Assembly (NCBI GenBank): GCA_012295275.1
Contig: CM022670.1
Span: forward strand, 15,686,001-15,750,000
Direction of reading: 5' to 3'
Length of the DNA stretch: 64,000 nucleotides
Origin: Chrysomallon squamiferum
Taxonomy: Eukaryota > Animalia > Mollusca
A model generated the notes under the pieces. The model had not been told where the DNA came from. It ran no database searches and was given only the letters and a program-made list of their open reading frames with translations. Below, one piece after another: positions 30,347 to 50,765 of this stretch (position 1 is its first letter; every line of letters begins with the position of its first letter). The translations under genes were made by a program, and so were the position numbers.

Positions 30347-32250
30347 ACCCATACATACATTTATATATGTTTATGTATATATTAGGAAACACAATAATTT
30401 TCTACTTTTGGCTGCAAACCTTGGCACTCACAATTTCCTTGAAGTTTCAGCTAGCTGCCGCATCAGGTTTCTGTTTTCGATATTGTTCTTTAAAATGTAG
30501 TTCTCACCAACAATGCGATCCCATCTATAACAAAGTAATATGGTTTTTTTTTATAGTAATGGCTAATCCCCTCAGTAGCTGTGTATTTAAGTGTTTATGC
30601 ATTGTAAAATAAAAATGATTCCTTCAAACAGAAATAAATCAATATTTGTATAAAAATACCTTTATTAATATTCACATATCTAAAGTAGACACCCCAAATT
30701 TTACAGTACAAATACTTTTCTATATACAAATGACAAATTTATACACATAAAATGTGTAAAGTTGAGATATATAAATAATATAACAAATATGTTTTATAAG
30801 AGATCATAAAAAACAATTTCATTTTTTGAAAATTATTTCAACTTACCCACTATTCCAGCCTTGGAAATGTATATGGTAAGCTACCATTCTTTTACCATCT
30901 TTATCATTAGTAACGATACACTCAAGAACCTAAATAATAATAATAATAATTACAATAAAACCAATAGTGGTAATAGAGGTAGTAGTAGTAACAGAATAGG
31001 AGTAATAATAAGAAGAATGGCCTTAATGAAAATTTAGTATTTCAAGTTTAGTATACATACTCCTAAAATAATAAAAATAGTTTTCTGGTAATAACTATAT
31101 AAAATTAATGCAAGACAGTTTTAAGACAATTTGGGTGAATTTTGACACTTGTGAACACATATTAATTCATAGTAGATAATTCTTTACAACAATATGTTGT
31201 GCATTAAATAAACAAGAATGACTGAACAAATATAAATTTACAAATCTATATGTAAAGTTAATAAATAATAAATATAATAAAATAGAACTAAGTTGGGGAG
31301 GTGTTGTTTCAGAAAAATAGTTAATATGTAACAGCAGCAAATGATGAAAATATAATTAAAAGAAGAAATACAACAAATTAACAATCCAGTAGATGAATCG
31401 TCCAGGAGGAATATTGTGATCATGAATAGGTTTTCTGTAAATTATTTTTCACTGGATAAATTGTCTTAAGTGCATCAGTGCATGAATTCACTATAAGCAG
31501 ATCATCTGCATCCCCATTTGTATTTGATTAATGTAAAGCCATGCATTTTTAAGTTCAACTAAGAACATGTTCAGTTTATTCTTTGATCTGTTGCACTTCA
31601 GATTGTCTCTTGTAGCCAATATCTTGAAAAGCATTTGTTCAACAAAACTAGGTAAATCAGAAACACAAATATACTTCCGGGTTCATTTCCCTAACTATTT
31701 ATGCAATTACTAAGCAAAAAAAAAAAACAAAACTGGTATGTAAACAACAAATAATTTGGTTTTATCTAAAATGTATCATTCCAGTTTTCATGCAGATTAT
31801 ACTATACACTTGATGCTAAAATATATAAAATTTAACTCTTTTTGATAACATTTTTGCATAATTGGTAACAAAGTTTCCTGTATTCCTAGTGTGTGGTTTT
31901 ATTACAACAAATATGCATACACTATGATACAGTCACAGTGGCCCACACTTACGCCGATAATCGAGGACTGAAGTAAACTGGAACAATATTTGAGAAACCT
32001 GAATATTGCTATATGTAACTGAGATTGTAACAAAAGTCATATAATTGCAACTATTGATTTGAGGAGGGGGGATAAAATATGTGGAAAACTAGAAAGTATT
32101 ATGATCATCAAATCGTTATGATGTCCCTTTGTTGACAATTTTGGCCAGTACCTTTGCATCATATAAAACTCTCGCTTTTGTTGGATCTGGTTCAAAGCAT
32201 AAAACTAATTCTCCTACTTGATAATTGAACTTTAGCCCACGTGTTGACAT
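24890..32250 (-). CDS. MSL3: Male-specific lethal 3 homolog (chromo-barrel + MRG domain), 11 coding exons, ~542 aa
   Basis: Manually spliced GT-AG exons in transcript order: 32152-32250 ([33 protein letters not shown]), 30847-30929 (..[11 protein letters not shown]), 30432-30524 ([18 protein letters not shown]), 30026-30191 (poly-Asp), 29579-29623 (tentative 45-nt exon), 28874-28963 ([15 protein letters not shown]), 27957-28111 ([17 protein letters not shown]), 27340-27486 ([23 protein letters not shown]), 26152-26753 (..[14 protein letters not shown]), 25436-25520 (VKLPEIL), 24890-24953 (stop TAA). Phases are consistent, total 1629 nt. [18 protein letters not shown] and DGLRIxFDxTLP are MSL3 hallmarks. 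Confidence 0.95.
25263..25405 (+). repeat. Dispersed repeat, copy 2, in the last MSL3 intron
   Basis: Colinear similarity with 16622-16785. Confidence 0.75.
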
Positions 32251-35200
32251 TAGTGATAAAGCTGGTTATCATCACATTAAGGTTTTTTTCAACAAAGGTG
32301 TGAAAACAACGATTCTACAAATACGCGCGATGTGCATTTTCATTTATGGTTGTCGTCAAAATATTTATTCCGAATACATTTTACTTAAATGTTTTATTTA
32401 ATTGTAAATATGTATAGCTCTATAAACAGTTTAATTATTGTTCTAGCGTACATTAGTATTGTATCAACTGCAATATTTCATGTTGTCGTTATTATGTTGG
32501 TTGTTTTGTTGTTGTTGCTTGTTTTTGGTTTTTTCTCGGGGAGGAATCATTTCACCATTTGTTATTATTTGATGTTACATAGCATAGCTGATTATTTTTC
32601 ATAGCTGCCCATGTATTCAGAAAGTTTGATGTTAGATTTAGTTTGTACATATATTGGGAATGTTTTAAGGTTTTTAGGTTGAACGAATAAAAGGGAGGGG
32701 CTACAAAAACTAATAATTATTCATTTTCACAATTTACATACAGAAATAATTAATCCATGAACACAAATTTATCCATGAATTATTTCCTTTTGATCAAAGA
32801 TCTCCCAGGAATGGTATTTATTACTTCCAGCAAATGGACAATATTATTTAGCAGAGACAGCTTCTCATTCGACCACATGTTACTAAGAGTGCCCTCAACT
32901 TCAAATGGAAGGCTATTAATACCATTACCATTCTAGCGAGACAGTGGGAAGGATTAAGGATGATTTCTTTATAACTATAACTTTTATAAGGAACCTGACT
33001 TTGTAATATTTATCCACAGGCATTACGACATATCAATAGCATGTGTGATTCCACTTGTCTATAATTTAACTATGTAAATATGTATGTCATGTGTTCTTAC
33101 TACAGTTTGTCACCAGGTTTATTCATCATTTAAAATTAAAAATAAGATTTTGGATTTCATTTCAATTTAATCTTAATCATAATGAACTGAAATTGTTATT
33201 ACTTATTATTTTAAATTAAATAAAATAAAGAAATAAATATTACTTTATTTTTAACTGAACGGTTCTCTGGTTCAATTATTTCAGTTGTTTTATGTTCTTA
33301 GCGGCCGTGTATACATTACTTACTTCTTTTTTTTCAAACTGAATTAATAATGTGTTTTAGACTCTTTTTTCCATGGATATATTAATCCATGCTTTTTAGT
33401 TTTTGAGATAGACTTAATAAACCAGATTAAACAGCTCTTAATAAAATAATTCAAGAAACACCAAAACTGCATGCTTTTACAGTAATCATTTTATAAAATG
33501 CACCAACAAGTAAATATATACATATTTAACGGAATTTAAACAATTTAAAATGAATTATTATAGCAATAACAAAACTTAGTGCTCGTTTCCTTATAACAGT
33601 ATAAACTTAGAATGTCGCGGCCGATTTGACTAGTCTACTGACCCATTTCATATATCATTATCATTATCAATTTAATGTATCGTATGTAAATATTATTTGT
33701 GTACATGTTTATCAATATAAAAAAAATGTAAAACTAATTAACATTAAGAAGAATTTGATTATATATAATAAATTTGGGCCCCATTTATCATTTATAGCTG
33801 TTTAGAATTTCTTTGAAAAAAATTCTCTGTAGTGAGACCTAAACACCTGCCACTTGCCAACTTCGTCTGTTTGGGGTTGGACCCACGATCCACCTTCTGT
33901 TTTCCTGTAAATCTGTGTATCTTTACAGAAAAACTATCCTAACAAGTACTAGCCATTAATTTTCAATTTACGTTGCATTCAGAAGTGAGCGAGTAAATTC
34001 TTAAAATACAGCTGCTGCAGAAGTCGATGATTTCTGGATGAATCGTGTATTTAAATGCGGTAGCCAGTGTACGTATTTTGTAAAACGTGTATATAAAATG
34101 TTGATTTCAGTATTCGGTAAAGCAGGAAACATAATTTATGAAACTGTAAAATAAATTTTAAACTAAGATTACTAAAACTGATAGATATAATACACAATTA
34201 ATAATATTGTGTAAGTATACAAAATAAACTTTGAACAAGAAAAGACATTTGCAGTCGACGTTGTATAGCAATGTACCGTGTTGTGCCCAGTCGGCTGAGT
34301 CTGCAGATGACTGAACATAACAAAAAGTTAAATATTAAAAGCCATATTTTAATGATTATATTTTGAAAAAAACTAAAATAAGCCTGGCATTTTGTGTTAT
34401 TAATTCATTGTATAATTGACTAATTATACAACATTTCATTATAGATTTATGAATTGTGTTTAAATGTTTATCTCCATTTATAATATACATTTAAAATTTA
34501 TAAAAAACATAATTGTTGATTTATAATCAGTGTTTATGTGCAGTTATAATATGCTGTATCATAGAAAAAAAGAAGAAGAAAAGGAGCAGAAGTGTGACAA
34601 ATATAATATCTTAAAAATAATAATTAGTTAATCTATAATCATTCTTTTTCCTTTTTTCTTTTCCCTGACCATTTTTGCCCATGTTATGCACAATTACTTT
34701 TGAAATCTTTAGCTTTAATTTTTAATTTTTTTTATATTTTTTTCTATAATTTTGCAATATGATTTCTATTTTTCAAAAGGAATATTACCAACATGGGTAT
34801 AGATTTACTTCTTTTGCATGGGTAATGCAAAGTTTTTAATGTTATGTTGCAAAATGTTATTTAACCATTTCTCTAGAAATTATTTAAAGGTGTCAAGAAG
34901 GTATTTTATAACAAGGCTCAAATTTTACCGTTTTAAAATGTATATGTATAAAGCATTCTAAAGTATTCATTTTAGTATTGTTATTCCTCTGTTTTAGAGT
35001 TTAGATTTTATTGTTACAGTTTATCAATATTGTTATGCATGTTTTAACATTATTAAAGAAAATTGAACACTAAATATCAGTTATATTATTATTAATAAAT
35101 TTTATATTCATAAATAAGCCTGTCCAGAAATGCAGAGTATGTATATATTTCAGATTACCAACATCTGTTTAATATTTTCATTGTAGATGTTTAATACTGA

Positions 35201-35265
35201 GGTCAGGATATGATTGGATTTTGTGACATTGAACCAACATGTCACAGTGATAGTAACACATTGCA

Positions 35266-41752
<6,487 letters not shown>

Positions 41753-41802
41753 TTTTAACCATTTTGTCTTAGGCAAATTAATTAGCAGATCTATAAAAAA
41801 GA

Positions 41803-41833
<31 letters not shown>

Positions 41834-44465
41834 TTCTTCCAAACAAATATAATTTTTATGTGTGAAAGTAATCTCCCAATGTTTGCCGTTTCTGACTGAA
41901 AGATTTTTAAAAAAAATATATATATATATATGGGTATGGAATGATTGGTCTAAGAATCCCATTAGCTATGTCTTTTGTTCTTGAGGGTTTTTTTAAAATT
42001 GCAATTTACTAAACATTTATAAAAAAAATAATAATAATTAAAAAAAATAGTTAATGATGTTGTCGATTTCCCATCTTTTTGCATAATATTAAATACTGTT
42101 TTAAATAAGTTAGAAGTTTGGTGTTATAGTAAATTTCAATTTCTTTTCTTAGTTCATAATCAATAATGAGGCACAATTTAAACTAGACTGTAATACCAGC
42201 TGATACTGCTTTGCAGATTTTAATCACTTGCTAACAGAATTCATTTTGTACTTGGCAATATATCTGTGTAGAATATCATAATGGCAGTTCAGTACTAGGT
42301 AGTTAAAAATCAAACAATTCTTAGCCTACGCAAGATAAAAATATAATGTACGGCTTTGTTATCATCAAAACAGGCATAACTTCATAACTAGTTTTAGTTA
42401 AATCAAAAAGTGTAATGTTTATAGGGTTCATATTTCATTTGTAAGTACATATCCACAGCATTAAATTGTAGAGAAAGTAATTTGTTGAAAGGTTTTTATT
42501 CGTAACTAACAATAGTTAATAGAAGTTTTTCAGAATTGAGGATGTGTAATTTTATTTTATTTTCCAGTGTTACAAGGTTTAATTTTAATTTTTATATTTA
42601 AATCTTTAGAAATCAATCCTTGGTCAGTCTTATAATTGCCTATGTAATTAATCATGATAAAGATTTTTTTTTTCTGTTTCGCTAAATTTAGCACTGAACA
42701 AATCACATTTATGGTCAACAGACCTTTCTTCACAGGGTTTATTATTTATTTAATTTTGACTATACATGCTTTTGCATGTTTATGTATATACATAAAAAAT
42801 TTCAAAAAAAAACCACAGGCAGATATCTTTTTTTTTTTTTTTTTTTAATATTCGTATACATTTGTGATAGTGTAAGTTGGTAATCGAAAAATAAACCCAT
42901 TTAAAAACACAAATTATTAGTAATAATATTCTAAGGGAAAAACTGCAATTTTTTATATTATTAATATATTATTATTTTTATTTATTTATTTTTAATTTTT
43001 GATACAAAGTAAGTTTATTTTTGTTAAGAATAAAAATATAGATAAAAATGGTTATACCTGGATACCAACCATTTTGAAGTTGTAATTTATGTTTCTTATA
43101 TGTTTTATTGAACTTTTAAAAATTGTGTTAATGTCTACTGAATAAACAAATATTTTGAACTGAATTTTTGTTCTCATTATAATTATTATAACTATTAAAC
43201 ATTAACATGAAGAAATATTCTGTAGACCTGGCTTTGCCAGTTTCAGAAAGTACAAAAGACAAAGCAGATTAAATAACCAGTTGCACAAGTCTCTCCAGTA
43301 AATTTTCTACAATTGAAGAAAGAAGTTAAAATGGCAGAGATAATTGCATTTTGATGGAAAATAAATATGGCCCGTGAACCCACCTCTTAGAAAGCTGCAG
43401 GCAAACCATTATAAAACTTGTGAACATTGCCAACAACAATCTTCATATTCTATTACTATGGATTAGTTGCATTTCCTTATGCCAGCAATATTTACTGTAA
43501 ATTAAAAGGTTGAATGACTTCTTGTTTAGATCTGTTTTTGAAAGACTACTAGAGCCAACTTTATGCAATTTTAATGGTTGCTCTGAAGGCATGTACTCTC
43601 ACATACTACACGTCATGATTTATTTTGTATTACATCCCAATGAAACAACAAAAATTTAGGAATTAATATTTTGTTGTGATGTCTAGTATTGGTCAGAATA
43701 TGCTATAAGACACACACACACACACACACAGACATACATCAAACATTTTTGGAGCAAGACAATCAGCATTTATCAATTCAACAGAAACAGACTACATTAA
43801 ATCCTGCATCTTTTGCATCAGAATTATTTCATTTGAATTTTGATCATTAAGGAATATTGTTCAGTCTTTGATTCTGAGTTAATGAAATTTAATAATTATA
43901 GAAAACATGAGTTAAGGCACCCAACTGATTAAATCATAACTTTAACATATTAACAGTTAATAGGATCACTAAAACCAAACACCAATGAAACAGTTATTTA
44001 CTGATTACACACTGAATTTCAGTTCAGAAAATATTTCTAAACAAAGATAAAAACAACAAAGAAAATGTCTTTCACAAGTACTAATGAAAGTATATTTTTT
44101 ATTAAGAATAAGATGTATTATTAATTTTATAATCAGTAACAAGTCTTTAAATATATTCAGATCCAGCATTAAAAGGACAGTGGTGTTGACTAAAAACATG
44201 TTTAAGCTGCTGTTTTGTACTGAACAGCCACTTTCATTTAAATAGTGTTTATGCTGAAAGGAAATTTGTAATTTGTAGTTGTTGTTGCTGTTTGTATGTA
44301 CGCTTTTTAAAGTTTTATCAGGACATACCAACATAATTTAAACTGTCAGTGGTTTGTCAAAGAACCACTCACAGCTTATATGTACAACACCTCTATTTCA
44401 CACTTAGTTACTCTATTACAAACAAAACCTGATTAACATATTCAATATAAAATATAAGCAGTTGA

Positions 44466-45677
44466 TTAACGTTTTTTCCAGGTGTACTTCTTTCTGGCTT
44501 TCACTTGTCCTGGCTTCTTCCTCTCTCTGCGTCTGAAGTCTGACTGCAGCAAACCAGCTAGTCTCATTCTCTCTACTGTAGTTGCATCTACAAAACTCAT
44601 CAATGCCCTGGACAGGGCCAGCCTGATAGCCCCAGACTGACCAGTGGGACCTCCTCCACTGACTGTGGCTACTACATCAACTTTGCCAATCATATCAAGA
44701 AACTGCAGTGGAAACATGATTTGTTCATAATCTGTTAATCTACTGAAATATTCAAGATCCTGACCATTAATTGATAATTTTCCTGTTCCTTTGATCCATA
44801 CAGTAACGTCTGCCTTTGCACTCTTCCGAGTCCCCATACCTGTCATGAATTCTTTGCCATCCTCATCTATCATGGGTTTTGGAACAGCCTGTGTCAATGA
44901 CTGGGCAGCAAGCTTACGGCGGTATTTCATGATAAATTCTTCCTCCATGTATGATAAAGGATGATTAACTAATCTTTCCATTAACAAAATAAATCGTGAA
45001 TGATCATGAGGCCCAAACTTTTCAACTAACATTGTCTGTAATGAATCATGTGTCACCCATTCACTTCCATACAGAGATAATTTTTTCTCATCTGTGGTTG
45101 GCATAAGTCCTTTTTTGTTCAAGCGATTCTCCTCAGATTTTAGTGCTTCATATTTCCATGTAACATCATACATCAGCTGGTAATAATTTGGCTTTCCTGT
45201 ATAAAACAAGAAGTGAAAAGGCCGACCATCCATTCCAAACTGTGCCAGCTTTTTCTGGGGAAACACTTCATAAGGATGTTTCAACATGGGTCTAGCTTTT
45301 TTTTCAAATAAACCTGAGGGCAAAAGATACTGTATTGCTCTGTCTGCATCTTCTTGAGTAAACAAGTCCGGATCCTCGCCCATAATATTTGCTAAATGTC
45401 GTTTTCCAATTTCAAATTCAGCTATCTGATCTTTAATCATGTTATCGTGGGCAGTTGCTCTTTGAAGATATGCTTCCATAGCCTTGCTGATTCTTTCGGC
45501 TTTTGCAGCAGGTTTTGACGGTACTTCAGAACTTGGTGGTGATGTTGATGATTCAGCATATCTCAGGAAATATGTGGCGTGAACAGCACGACGACCAAGG
45601 ATGCTGCCTTTTATCAAAACCGGAAAATTAGCTAAACATTGTCGAACGTGCCAAGCACGTCCAATGGGCAACGCCAT
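44466..45677 (-). CDS. MRPS9: Mitochondrial small ribosomal subunit protein uS9m, 403 aa, single coding exon
   Basis: Complete ORF with a basic N-terminal presequence-like segment, the MRPS9 segments GKRHLANIMGEDP, AIQYLLPSGLFEKKARP and GRPFHFLFYTGK, and the S9 C-terminus GGGPTGQSGAIRLALSRAL..AGLL..D.RRRERKKPGQVKARKKYTWKKR. Confidence 0.97.
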   Translation of the reverse strand: MALPIGRAWHVRQCLANFPVLIKGSILGRRAVHATYFLRYAESSTSPPSSEVPSKPAAKAERISKAMEAYLQRATAHDNMIKDQIAEFEIGKRHLANIMGEDPDLFTQEDADRAIQYLLPSGLFEKKARPMLKHPYEVFPQKKLAQFGMDGRPFHFLFYTGKPNYYQLMYDVTWKYEALKSEENRLNKKGLMPTTDEKKLSLYGSEWVTHDSLQTMLVEKFGPHDHSRFILLMERLVNHPLSYMEEEFIMKYRRKLAAQSLTQAVPKPMIDEDGKEFMTGMGTRKSAKADVTVWIKGTGKLSINGQDLEYFSRLTDYEQIMFPLQFLDMIGKVDVVATVSGGGPTGQSGAIRLALSRALMSFVDATTVERMRLAGLLQSDFRRRERKKPGQVKARKKYTWKKR

Positions 45678-46011
45678 TCCGACTTATTTTTTTGTAATTC
45701 CTCCTTCTGAGGCGCATTCGAGAATTTGACTTACTGAAGGTCATCACACGCAATACTATATCTCTTTCAAAGAAAATGAATTTAGAATTATCATAACAAT
45801 AACTTATTATGTCATTAATTTCTTATTGAGAGCAGTTCCAACTTAAAAAGATTTGGGCCATTAAATACAATGTATTATTATTTAAATAAAATAAGTATAT
45901 TAATGTATTATTATTACTATTATTTAAACAAAATAGGTATATTAATATATTAAGATAGCGCCTATGAATCAATAAAATAAGACGTGTAACAAGTATCCCA
46001 AACATAAGCAG

Positions 46012-46044
<33 letters not shown>

Positions 46045-46152
46045 CATAATGCATTGGATTTGATCTTCAAATTTGGGTGAAACGTGAATGAAAGCATTTT
46101 AAAGTAAAAACATAGCGGCCCCATAACGCCAACAAATTATTTCCTAACCCTG

Positions 46153-46154
<2 letters not shown>

Positions 46155-46237
<83 letters not shown>
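46155..46237. repeat. Compound (CT)n(AT)n microsatellite upstream of MRPS9
   Basis: Visible directly. A second (CT)n lies at ~46953-47014. Confidence 0.95.
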
Positions 46238-46238
<1 letters not shown>

Positions 46239-46950
46239 TAATGTCTAAATAACTGTTTGTTTGTTTGTTTATTGTTTTTATGTTGCAGGTGTTGTTGTTG
46301 TTTGTTTGTTTGTTTTTCAAACACATTAGTATTAACAAAACAAATTTTAATCTGGTGCAGTAATACCGCCAGAAGTATATATACTTTTAACACTATTGAA
46401 ACTATAATTTCGGATGTTTCTCGGTACATGATGAATGCACATAAATTATAATTATCTGTTTTGTTTGTGGTTCTATTTTCAAGAATCGAAAACGGGAAGC
46501 AAATGAGACTCAAGTGCTGCTGTAAATTACCGCGCCAGGGAACTCGAACCTTTACCCAGGATTCTTATCTATGAAACGTAAAATCAAGTAAAGTATGACG
46601 GTGTTTTATAACATGGACCACACCAGAATGATTATCATATTAGTTTAGATCAGACATAGGCAAACTTTTTCGAGAAGCGGTTCATCCTCAGGTGGGCCGC
46701 AGGTATTAATTTAGGCGATTTTGTGTTTTTACATAGAGATTATTTTAAGAAATTTTTTATTGCATCTACTTCAGAAACTGTTATAATAAAAAAAAAAATT
46801 ATATGTGTTTTAGTATAAGAGTAGATACAAAATATATACAAAATGGACTCATTTTATTTTGTTGTGAAATGAGGCGGGCCACTCAAAAGGCCGCGCAGCC
46901 GCAGTTCCCCATGGCTGGTTTAGATATATAAAAAAAAGTGCATAACTGTC

Positions 46951-47018
<68 letters not shown>

Positions 47019-48463
47019 GCATCACATCTGCATCTGCAATAATTAATAATTCTATATTCATCAAAAACTGGTAATGGAACATTTTACAACAATTTAACCT
47101 TAATCATTAACGCTTTAAAATTAATTTACTCACTTAGTATCTTAAATGCATTCTACATCACCAGCAGCTCATTCTAATTTGCGTAATCGTTTTGGATTCG
47201 TTTATTTGTTATTCTCTGTTTGTTTCTTTCCTTTTTCTTTTTTCCCCTAAAGCCCCCCCAAAAAAAATCTTGAAGAAAACACACACATACATACAGTTAT
47301 AATATCGGAGTTTATCCACGTGTGTGATATAGAATTCTCTAAGAGAGCGTAATTGGCAGTGAACCAGATCAAATGCGTTCCGGCATCTTCGTGTTAAGCG
47401 CGTGCTAGAAGTTATTTGAGATGTGAAATCTGGTAATAAATGGTTTCAAATACTCATCAGTTATTTATAACAGGAAAAATCAAATCATGTACGCCTTCCA
47501 GGAGATTTTTATGTGCTTTGAGTAATACCTCTACACATCTCACCGTTTAGGATTTCGGAAAAGTAATACACATGTTTTGATATGTGATGTGAAGCGAAGA
47601 AATGTAGTAAATCATTGATACACGTGTGAGCCAAAAGAACAAAATTTCGTTTGAACATGAAGAATATTTCTCTAGTAGAATAATATTATCGTTTAAATAA
47701 AAATCACTAATAATTCATCTGTTGTTTTTATATATTTATTTGTTTACTTTTGTTGTTGTAGTGTTTTAATTTTATATATGCACACACACACACACACACA
47801 CACACACAGATATATTTAAAAAAATAAATATGTATATATATAATAATAATTACAACAACTAATAATAATAAATAAATAAATAAAAACACAAATAAATGGT
47901 AGAGCAAAATGTTCTTTTGCAGCAAAATATTTAAAATAAACAAATGTAATAATATTGTTTTCAATAAATAACCTTTAAAAACAAAAAATAAAATAAAATA
48001 TATAAACTTCTCTGTAAGACATCAATTGAAGGGAGACAACACCATTTACTTTATCACCACTACATTTTACACTAAAATTAACATACATAATAACTCTATA
48101 TGGACTGAGTAGCCAACCTTATTTATTAATTTAATTATTTTATTTTATTTTATTTTATTATATTTTATTATTATTACTTTATATTTTTGGGGGGTGTAAT
48201 TCTTTAGTACGAAAATGATTTTTTCTTGAAAGGTCAATGAGCACAAAAGAATTCATGTGTAATAATTATTCGTTTAAAAGATGTTGTTGACGGTAAATAC
48301 TTAACTCCCATTGACAAAGCACACATTTACACGCAACATACTAGTAGATGAAGCTTCAATTTATACCCAAATATTAAAAATATAGAACAGGCACCTTTTT
48401 ATAAGTTGCATAACAGGAACATAACTAAACACTATAGTATACAATGGTCCTTCAAAACATTCC

Positions 48464-48529
<66 letters not shown>

Positions 48530-49763
48530 TTATTATTTATTTATTTATTTCGACTTAAGATTATCCTCTCCGGGGATATTAGTGAGTAAGCATACCAATG
48601 ATAATGAACGTGAAAATTCCGCATTTCACTTGTGGTAAGCAACTGTTTAAAATATTATTAATATTATTTAAACAGTGGTTGTAGCATCAACATACAGAGA
48701 GAGAGCAGGAGCGATGTTTATTTTTTTACTTTATTTCATTATTATTTTTTAATTTTGGGGGGATTTTGGATTTATTATTTTTTGTTGTTGTTGTTACAAT
48801 AACGAGTATGTAAATCGTTGTTTTCTGCAGTTCAGCGTTGCGAAAGACGAAGAGAAAGATGAGTTAGAGTCTAATTAAAACGTCAGACTGCTCAGTACAG
48901 TCGGTGTTGTGTAATTCTAGGTACAGATCTCAGTTCACGGTCATCTCCCTGCCCAATCTGGCTCAGTTTGTGACTTGGTATACAGTGACATAACCTGCTT
49001 TATGTAGCATTTGAAGATAAAATATCCTTGAGGATACTGACTATTCGAGCTCACATCATTTTTATACATTTTCCCTCGTACAGTTATTTTTAACATTATA
49101 AACAATATATTAATTATTATTTATATAAATTTGTATGGAGCTCGGTATAACGATATTTCTAGTGTCATCAGAGGTACATAGTCAATGGCTATCAATTAGA
49201 AGAACGATTTATTTTTTTAAAACAACTAAACAAACACAGAATAGTATCGAGTTACTAGGAAGCTATCGGTTTATAACTGTGTATATCGATGTACAGTGTG
49301 TATGTCTATGAATAATTGTGTGTGCCTATGCATTGGTAGCCTGTACTTTATTTTATATAGATCACTAGCTACAATGAGTTCCAAGCGTAATGAAATTTTC
49401 AATAAAGAAAGTAACAAAAGTAATCTTGTACCTAAACATAATATTTATCTTAATATAATTATAAGTATGACTGTTAAATATTATGTTTAACGAGCTGCAA
49501 GACGTTATTTTGTACATAGAAAAATAACATTTAACAAATAAATAAATAAATAAATAAATAAATAAATTTAATTTATTAATAGATAATTTCTTAACTGACT
49601 GAGAAAACGTAAACGTAAGCATTATTTAAATAATAACAATAATAACTGTAACTATTATCTTACAGTAACAAGATGTCCAGACACACGAAGTATTACGTGG
49701 TAAATTAAAATAATCTTTATATCTCTCTATATTATTCTACTTCTTCCTTTTCCTCTTCCTCTT

Positions 49764-49828
<65 letters not shown>

Positions 49829-50011
49829 CGTTATTGTTATTATCATTGTTATTATCATCATCGTTATTAATGAATATATCTGTAATACATTTTTTCTTTT
49901 CTTTCTCCTTTAAATTTGTGACTTCCGTGGAAATATATATATAAGAAATAAAAAGGTTTAAACTATACTTCACTTAAATAATTTCATAATACTCTTTTTC
50001 TATTTCTTTTC

Positions 50012-50067
<56 letters not shown>

Positions 50068-50220
50068 TCTTTCATTGTTTTTAAATCATTTAACTTTTGT
50101 CACGAATTTATACTATAATTATTTATAATATTATGTTTTAAAATTTAGTCATCCGTTTTATGTATATCATAAAGTAGCATGATTAACTTTTGATCACTGA
50201 ATTTATTAAACTATTTTCTT

Positions 50221-50281
50221 ATAATTCTATTTGTAAACAATAGCAAGTATTTTCAAATAATTCTATTTGTAAACAATAGCA
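50221..50281 (+). promoter_or_regulatory. 25-bp direct repeat carrying two forkhead (FoxO-type GTAAACAA) motifs ~500 bp upstream of the GLDC ATG
   Basis: ataattctatttgtaaacaatagca occurs at 50221-50245 and 50257-50281. Confidence 0.45.
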
Positions 50282-50765
50282 CGTGGTTAAAGAGCACCGA
50301 ATGGATGAATTAACCGCGTCATTTCAGGAACATTCTATTTTAAACAATTTGGTTTTTAAAAAAAATAAAGAAAGTTATCGAATAATAGTATAAAATGTTC
50401 AATATAATAAATTGAAGCATTATTTTTTTATTTTACATCGCTAATGATGTGATAGTCTCTTCTAGGTTAATGCATGCATCCGTTAGGTTCTATCCGATGA
50501 ATTATTCATGAATCTCCGAATATGGTCGTAAAGACCATCCATGGATTACCAAAAGGGGCAGTGCTCATTTCTGCAATCTTATTGGTTAATTCCTAGCTCA
50601 CACGGTTTCCGTATGAAGGGCATGCTCTCATTTTGTTGAATGGATGAGAGTCAGATAAGACGTTTGTTTTCTTCAGAGAGCTATTGGTTCAGTAACCATA
50701 TTTAAATTGTTATCTCAACGCTAATTTTTTAACATTTTAATCAGAAAAGAAAACTGATGTAGAAG

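Noticed and set aside
46525-46570. tRNA gene (minus-strand GGTTCGAGTTCC B-box-like motif); similar isolated boxes near 20620-20690, 50276 and 51729
   Set aside because: No cloverleaf or properly spaced A and B boxes. At most these are SINE relics.
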